Shown one piece after another: positions 59,431 through 64,000 of a stretch of 64,000 bases of DNA; the stretch's first letter is position 1; each line of letters opens with the position of its first letter. The DNA is from an uncultured Candidatus Poseidoniales archaeon. Lineage in GTDB: Archaea; Thermoplasmatota; Poseidoniia; Poseidoniales; Thalassarchaeaceae. The translations under genes were made by a program, and so were the position numbers. The DNA is taken from assembly GCA_964343205.1 (NCBI GenBank), contig CAYFID010000001.1, forward strand, positions 10,835 through 74,834, given 5' to 3'. A model generated the notes under the pieces. That model did not search any database. It worked only from the letters and a program-made list of their open reading frames with translations, and was not told the origin of the DNA.

Positions 59431-60678
59431 TCAAGAAATCTGGTACCTCAACAATGCTGCGATACCGCCGAAGGCGGAGTTTAGTGTGGCTCCTTCTTCC
59501 GTATCCAGCGAGATTAGTCTGACCTTGGCAGAGGTATGGCCTGCTAGTACAGTGAACTCGTCAATTAGCTCCATGGTCCTCTCTGAATCCTCCCTAACCA
59601 TCCCTGAATGGCACTCAGGACAATTAGGCTGTGATGATCTCTTGTCTTGAGTTGACTGCCATTCATGCTTGCACCCCTTGCAAATCCAAGATACTCTACT
59701 CTTAGTGAGCCCTTCAGAAAGAAGTAGTGTGGAGACGGCCCCCTGATCTAGAGCTGAACGAATCATGACTTCTCCGTAGGTCGCCTTCGGATTTGCCTTC
59801 ATTACCTCTTTAAGAAACTCGTCGACTAGTGTCCTCTCTATATCCAGTTCTATCTGGTCCATCGTTGATCCGGCTCGTTGTATCAACTCCCTCAGGCCGC
59901 TCTCATTAGAATAGCCGACGTCAAAATATGGCTCTGCTATTAGTTTCTTTATTTCATGATGGAAGTAGTCTTGCTTAACTACGAAGTCCTTTGTCGCTCC
60001 GGGCCCCCCAATAATGATGCCTCTGAGGTTCTGCACCATTGGTAGCCAATAACTCGAAGCTCTCTCTGTTGCCTTCTTGAAGAACTTGTGCGCGGCCTCC
60101 TCGATCAGTCTCTCGAACCTCTGAGCGGATTGTCCTCCTCGTCCATGCTTGGATGGAACCAGTGAGGTGATGTGTTCCTGGCAGTGAAGCCTCTTACCCG
60201 ATGCTAATCCATATGCTGCTTCTGATCTGTCAATCACGAATAGGCCGTAAGATGTTCGGTCGATGAGCATCTCTTCCAACTGACTAATTTCGAAGGTGGA
60301 GTCACACCTGTACCTGAATGAAGGAAATGGCTCCGGGGGGTCGTCCACTACCGTGGAGATCAATCTGGTCTTGTTATTGCCAACAATCACATGACCTACG
60401 AAAATTGCAATTCCCCCTTCGCCCGGAGTTTTGTAGCGGTTCAATGATGAAACGGCAGATTCAATGGCATCTGTAACGTGCTTTTTAGTTGATTTTGACT
60501 TGATATTAGCGGCCTGCCCGGACTCATGGATAAGGTGGTGCCTAACATCGCTAATCATGCGATCCGGGGGGATAATCACAGTGACTAACTCCGTCCCCAT
60601 ACCTTTCATTTCGGAAAGTTCCTTGATCGCCTTCTTAAGACGGAGCCTCCGCTGCTGTTGTTCGAGATCGTCGGGCAT
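59431..60678 (-). CDS. prf1: Archaeal peptide chain release factor aRF1
   Basis: GTELVT, NIKS, YRCD, GGQS, zinc-ribbon minidomain CKGC...CPEC, FGGIAALLRY. Confidence 0.97.
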   Translation of the reverse strand: MPDDLEQQQRRLRLKKAIKELSEMKGMGTELVTVIIPPDRMISDVRHHLIHESGQAANIKSKSTKKHVTDAIESAVSSLNRYKTPGEGGIAIFVGHVIVGNNKTRLISTVVDDPPEPFPSFRYRCDSTFEISQLEEMLIDRTSYGLFVIDRSEAAYGLASGKRLHCQEHITSLVPSKHGRGGQSAQRFERLIEEAAHKFFKKATERASSYWLPMVQNLRGIIIGGPGATKDFVVKQDYFHHEIKKLIAEPYFDVGYSNESGLRELIQRAGSTMDQIELDIERTLVDEFLKEVMKANPKATYGEVMIRSALDQGAVSTLLLSEGLTKSRVSWICKGCKHEWQSTQDKRSSQPNCPECHSGMVREDSERTMELIDEFTVLAGHTSAKVRLISLDTEEGATLNSAFGGIAALLRYQIS

Positions 60679-60773
60679 GTCGTTCCCCCGTGAATTGCCA
60701 CCACAGGCGGCATTTCAACCCTTCAGCGCTAGTATAGCATACGCATTGAAAGGCAGAGTGCCGACCTAGGGAC

Positions 60774-61475
60774 ATGGCGACGGTCGTAGTAGCGCTTGGC
60801 GGTAGTCTCCTAAGGCCCGAGGTAGATCATAGGCACAAGTGGTTGTTAGATCTGGTAGTAATCCTCAGGAAAAGAGTGGATTCCGGGGATAGAGTAGGGC
60901 TAGTCGTAGGGGGAGGGGCCCCCGCCCGAGAAGGAATAGAGCTGGCTAAGCCAATCATAGACGACACAGATCATCTGGACAGAATAGGAATTGCAGCTAC
61001 GAGACTGAATGCGACAATAGTTAGAGAGGCACTGTCGGACGGAGGCATTCCCGTATCTGGAAAGATACCCAAGACCGTCGATGACGCAGTGTTAGAGTTG
61101 GAGGAATGGGGTGTCGTAGTAATGGGGGGGACAGTCCCAGGGCACACGACAGATGCAGTCGCAGTCAAACTAGCGATTAGGAGTGGTGCGGAGAAGTGCG
61201 TAATTGCTACGAACGTCTCCAAGGTCTATGCTAACGATCCCAGACTGGATCCGGAATCAGAAGCATTCGACAGCCTCACCCTAGAGCAGCTACAGGGAAT
61301 CGTTGGCCCTCCAGAGCATTCAGTAGCTGGTGGGTCTCAAGTTGTAGACCCAGTGGGGGTTGGGGAGGCCTTGACAAATGGACTTGCTCTGGACATCCTG
61401 GATGGAAGAGACACGGACAAGATTAGGCGATCATTGGAAGGGAAGGATTTCGATGGAACGAAGGTGAGGGGTTGA
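60774..61475 (+). CDS. pyrH: Uridylate kinase (archaeal type)
   Basis: ALGGS, VVGGG, DRIGIAATRLNA, GGTVPGHTTDAVA, TNV...DP, VVDP. Confidence 0.93.
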   Translation: MATVVVALGGSLLRPEVDHRHKWLLDLVVILRKRVDSGDRVGLVVGGGAPAREGIELAKPIIDDTDHLDRIGIAATRLNATIVREALSDGGIPVSGKIPKTVDDAVLELEEWGVVVMGGTVPGHTTDAVAVKLAIRSGAEKCVIATNVSKVYANDPRLDPESEAFDSLTLEQLQGIVGPPEHSVAGGSQVVDPVGVGEALTNGLALDILDGRDTDKIRRSLEGKDFDGTKVRG

Positions 61476-61774
61476 TGGCCAGTCGGAAGGACACGATAAT
61501 GAAGGCCGCAACTAGGACGGCGCAGCAGGCTCATGCCGCGGCATCAAAGAGGATATCACCCCCAAGAGGTAGGGTGAATTCCAACTCACACAGGCATTGC
61601 GTGGTTTGCTGGAAACCCATTCCTCTAGAAAGTGATCCAAGTATATGCGAGGGAGAGGATTGTGAGAGAATGCATTCTCGTAGGGAAAAGTCTAGGCGAA
61701 GATGGACATTCTTGATGTACTTGGGAATGGCGATTTTCGTTGGTTTGCTGGTATTTCAGTTAATAGCATATTAA
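61472..61774 (+). CDS. DUF2116-like Zn-ribbon membrane protein
   Basis: HRHCVVCWKPIP...C...C followed by a basic stretch and a C-terminal TM; 4-bp overlap with pyrH. Confidence 0.75.
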   Translation: MMASRKDTIMKAATRTAQQAHAAASKRISPPRGRVNSNSHRHCVVCWKPIPLESDPSICEGEDCERMHSRREKSRRRWTFLMYLGMAIFVGLLVFQLIAY

Positions 61775-61819
61775 TGGGGGCAACAAATTGAATGATACCA
61801 AAATCTTGGAGATAATGGC

Positions 61820-62404
61820 ATGATGGTCAGGCTCCTATCGGTTCTGCCTGGTTTTATCGGAGTCCTTTGCGCTGTTATCGTTATTCTCAGCCTAATTGGC
61901 TACCAACCCGACGAGTCTGGCTCAGTGATTCCGGTAGTCCCGTGCACAGATGATGATTTTGGGTGTAACGTGGGAATGACAGGAGATGACATGGTGGTCC
62001 CTCTTGCATTTATCCTACTGGACATAGATATGGAAGTGGATTGGAATGAGCCAGATAGAGGGTGGATAGGGGTCGTTGATGCTTCTGCGGCTGATGATTG
62101 CCCTCCCGACTCCAATGGGCTAACTCAATGCAAAGCAGAAGATATCGAAGTTTTCCTAGTAGCCGGTGGGCCCCAATCTACCGGATCGATGAACTTCCAA
62201 GTGGATCCTGGAGCTTACAGGTTTGTTGCAGGAGGTCACGAGGGTTCTGGCCTAGACTCCCAAGAGGCGGTAATGAAGACTAGCGTGCACCTAAGTAACT
62301 ACGTAGAGATAGTTCTAGCAATGACATCTGCTCTCCTACTTGTGGGAGCAGGTGAAATGGCGTTCCCAGTTAGGAACTTACTGAAACGCTTCAGGGACTC
62401 TTGA
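61820..62404 (+). CDS. Hypothetical membrane protein with two TMs flanking an acidic Cys-containing domain
   Basis: Hydrophobic N- and C-terminal segments; TTGAAT box upstream. Confidence 0.7.
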   Translation: MMVRLLSVLPGFIGVLCAVIVILSLIGYQPDESGSVIPVVPCTDDDFGCNVGMTGDDMVVPLAFILLDIDMEVDWNEPDRGWIGVVDASAADDCPPDSNGLTQCKAEDIEVFLVAGGPQSTGSMNFQVDPGAYRFVAGGHEGSGLDSQEAVMKTSVHLSNYVEIVLAMTSALLLVGAGEMAFPVRNLLKRFRDS

Positions 62405-62452
62405 GCATGAGTGTCAGCATCGTTGAATAACCGGGGCTTTGTGGAGTTAGAC

Positions 62453-62569
62453 GTGCAAGTAGCCAAATGCCCAAACTGCGGTTCAGAGATAGATGTCTCT
62501 GGACTAAACTCGTCATACGGGGGCTACAACTTCTACTGCGTAGTTTGTGGGCACACATGGCACGTATGA
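62453..62569 (+). CDS. Small CPxCG-type zinc-finger protein (38 aa, or 42 aa from GTG 62441)
   Basis: Below the ORF-track cutoff. Hand translation MQVAKCPNCGSEIDVSGLNSSYGGYNFYCVVCGHTWHV*; TTGAAT box 24 nt upstream. Confidence 0.75.
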   Translation: MQVAKCPNCGSEIDVSGLNSSYGGYNFYCVVCGHTWHV

Positions 62570-62596
62570 ATTCTAGATGACGGCTTTAGTCTGGTT

Positions 62597-63625
62597 TCAG
62601 TCTTCCCTTGGCCAGTGTTCTGGAAGTGATAGGGGGTCCACTATCTCATCCGCGGCTATAATCTCAATCAGATTACCTTGTAGCTCTTCGAGACCAGTGC
62701 CAGTATGGGAACTGATGGTGTGATCGTCATCATTAGAGGTTTGTTCAGAAATGTCAGATTTGGTTCCCACGACCAATACTCTTCTGTCCGACATTAAACC
62801 TCTTACTTCCTCGAGTAGGCTCTCCTGCTCGGAGATAGGTGTTGTTGATTCTTCTGATCTATCAAGCAAGAACAACAGCACGTCTCCAAGATGTTCCAAT
62901 GCTGCAATGGCCTGCATCTCAATCTGATTCCTCTCGTCCATTGGGCGGTCCAGAAGCCCTGGCGTATCCACCATCTGGTACACCCTCCTTCTGTGAGTAA
63001 AGTGACCAAGGTGGAGCTGCTTTGTGGTGAACGGATAGGAGGCCACCTGTGGCTCCCCACTAGACATAGCCTCGATTAGTGCGGATTTTCCCACATTTGG
63101 AGAGCCAGCTACAACGATGCACGGTTCTAGGGGATCGATCGAGGGGAGCGTGCGAAGGGTGTTCCTTGCATCTCCGAGCCACAATATCTGCGGAGAGATC
63201 TGGTCAATAACTGAAGATAGCCTCCCATAGGCATGCCTCCTTGCCTTGTGGAAACCGTCGATGTCCCTTAGTCTGAGGATCTTTGACTGGGCCTCTCCTG
63301 AGATTCTCTGTGCTCTTTCTGCTGCCCATTGGAGAGCGCCTAGATTCCTCTTGTAATCGTCACAACCAACAGCAGCGTCCACCAAAGCCCTATCGAAATC
63401 AGTTAGGGCATTCAAACTGGGCCACCTGTCAACATAAGAGTTCAGAGTCTTGGCTGCTACGTCACATGCTGACTGCACCATCCTATTCATTTGCTTCCTG
63501 ACCCTGTGATACTTATCGGGATCTTCTACTAAATCTGCCTGGCTGCTTGCCCTACCAAATGCCTTGTCCAGTATCTCCTGAGGATAAAGAACGGTCGGAA
63601 TCGACCTCCACTCTACTGACGCCAT
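62597..63625 (-). CDS. NOG1/Obg-family GTP-binding protein
   Basis: IPTV...LDKAF, GSPNVGKS, YPFTTK, DTPGLLDRP...RNQIE, TKSD; GGAGG SD before ATG 63625. Confidence 0.93.
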   Translation of the reverse strand: MASVEWRSIPTVLYPQEILDKAFGRASSQADLVEDPDKYHRVRKQMNRMVQSACDVAAKTLNSYVDRWPSLNALTDFDRALVDAAVGCDDYKRNLGALQWAAERAQRISGEAQSKILRLRDIDGFHKARRHAYGRLSSVIDQISPQILWLGDARNTLRTLPSIDPLEPCIVVAGSPNVGKSALIEAMSSGEPQVASYPFTTKQLHLGHFTHRRRVYQMVDTPGLLDRPMDERNQIEMQAIAALEHLGDVLLFLLDRSEESTTPISEQESLLEEVRGLMSDRRVLVVGTKSDISEQTSNDDDHTISSHTGTGLEELQGNLIEIIAADEIVDPLSLPEHWPRED

Positions 63626-63765
63626 GCCTCTACCTCCTTCACCGCCGCCACGGCATCGCACTTCAAGCATTAGCCGAGACGGGATTATCATTTTGAGCTA
63701 AATCGACCCGCTTATTTTTTCTATGACTACCTGAACGAAGGTGTGTGTCGGGGAGTAGCAATGGC

Positions 63766-64000
63766 ATGAAAATCCGCGATCTGCCGGACTGGGCAGTCAG
63801 GTTCCACGAGGAATATGGCTCCCCGAACCTTGATGATCTAAGCGATGTTTTCCACGGCCCCCTGATGGACAGGAAATATGGCCTCAGAAAGGATGACCTC
63901 GTGGAAGTACTGCTAGATCGTAGGATGCTACCAGAGGACAAGGACCCCTTTGTTAGGGGGATGATGATTGGAGGTAGGAGCACTTCTATAGACATACTCG
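63766..64000 (+). CDS. Hypothetical protein, partial (runs off the right edge)
   Basis: Open frame MKIRDLPDWAVRFHEEYGSPNLDDLSDVFHGPLMDRKYGLRKDDLVEVLLD... with no stop in the window; may start at GTG 63745; divergent from NOG1. Confidence 0.7.
   Translation, partial: MKIRDLPDWAVRFHEEYGSPNLDDLSDVFHGPLMDRKYGLRKDDLVEVLLDRRMLPEDKDPFVRGMMIGGRSTSIDIL

Noticed and set aside
63663..63995. 110-aa minus-strand ORF at the right edge
   Set aside because: Antisense shadow of the more protein-like plus-strand partial ORF starting at 63745/63766.

Overview
Chromosomal window from an archaeon, inferred to be Marine Group II (Ca. Poseidoniales, Thermoplasmatota). Support: CarS, an AglB/STT3 oligosaccharyltransferase, aRF1, XPD, NOG1, GGTGA-type Shine-Dalgarno sites, giant acidic surface proteins and several bacterial-type metabolic genes. 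It is densely coding (about 40 CDS plus tRNA-Leu(UAA)), with no CRISPR array, integrase or transposase. Main blocks: (1) a minus-strand envelope run, carS-purD-giant 3155-aa AglB fusion-S8 protease-beta-helix surface protein-wHTH/STAND/TPR regulator; (2) gdhA, an HD phosphohydrolase, a tandem RHH regulator, a small basic ORF and a receiver-domain/dikinase hybrid; (3) XPD, a 2.99-kaa TSP3/transglutaminase-like/Ig/DUF4129 protein and another Ig-like surface protein; (4) tRNA-Leu, folB and a pteridine-reductase-like SDR; (5) lipA, branched-chain 2-oxoacid dehydrogenase E1a/E1b/E2/E3, lipB, a class V PLP enzyme, ubiX and a SAP-M28 peptidase; (6) peroxiredoxin, argS, aRF1, pyrH, DUF2116, a small zinc finger and NOG1. 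Best candidates for an undescribed system: the REC-REC-ATP-grasp-His protein near gdhA (a possible dikinase-driven His-to-Asp phosphorelay) and the doubly membrane-anchored giant oligosaccharyltransferase. Also seen: a recurrent TT(G/C)AA promoter box 22-24 nt upstream of starts, a 31-bp palindrome before the RHH gene, a 31-bp exact intragenic repeat, and three ORFs missing from the supplied track. All calls come from motif recognition by eye; no database searches were run.
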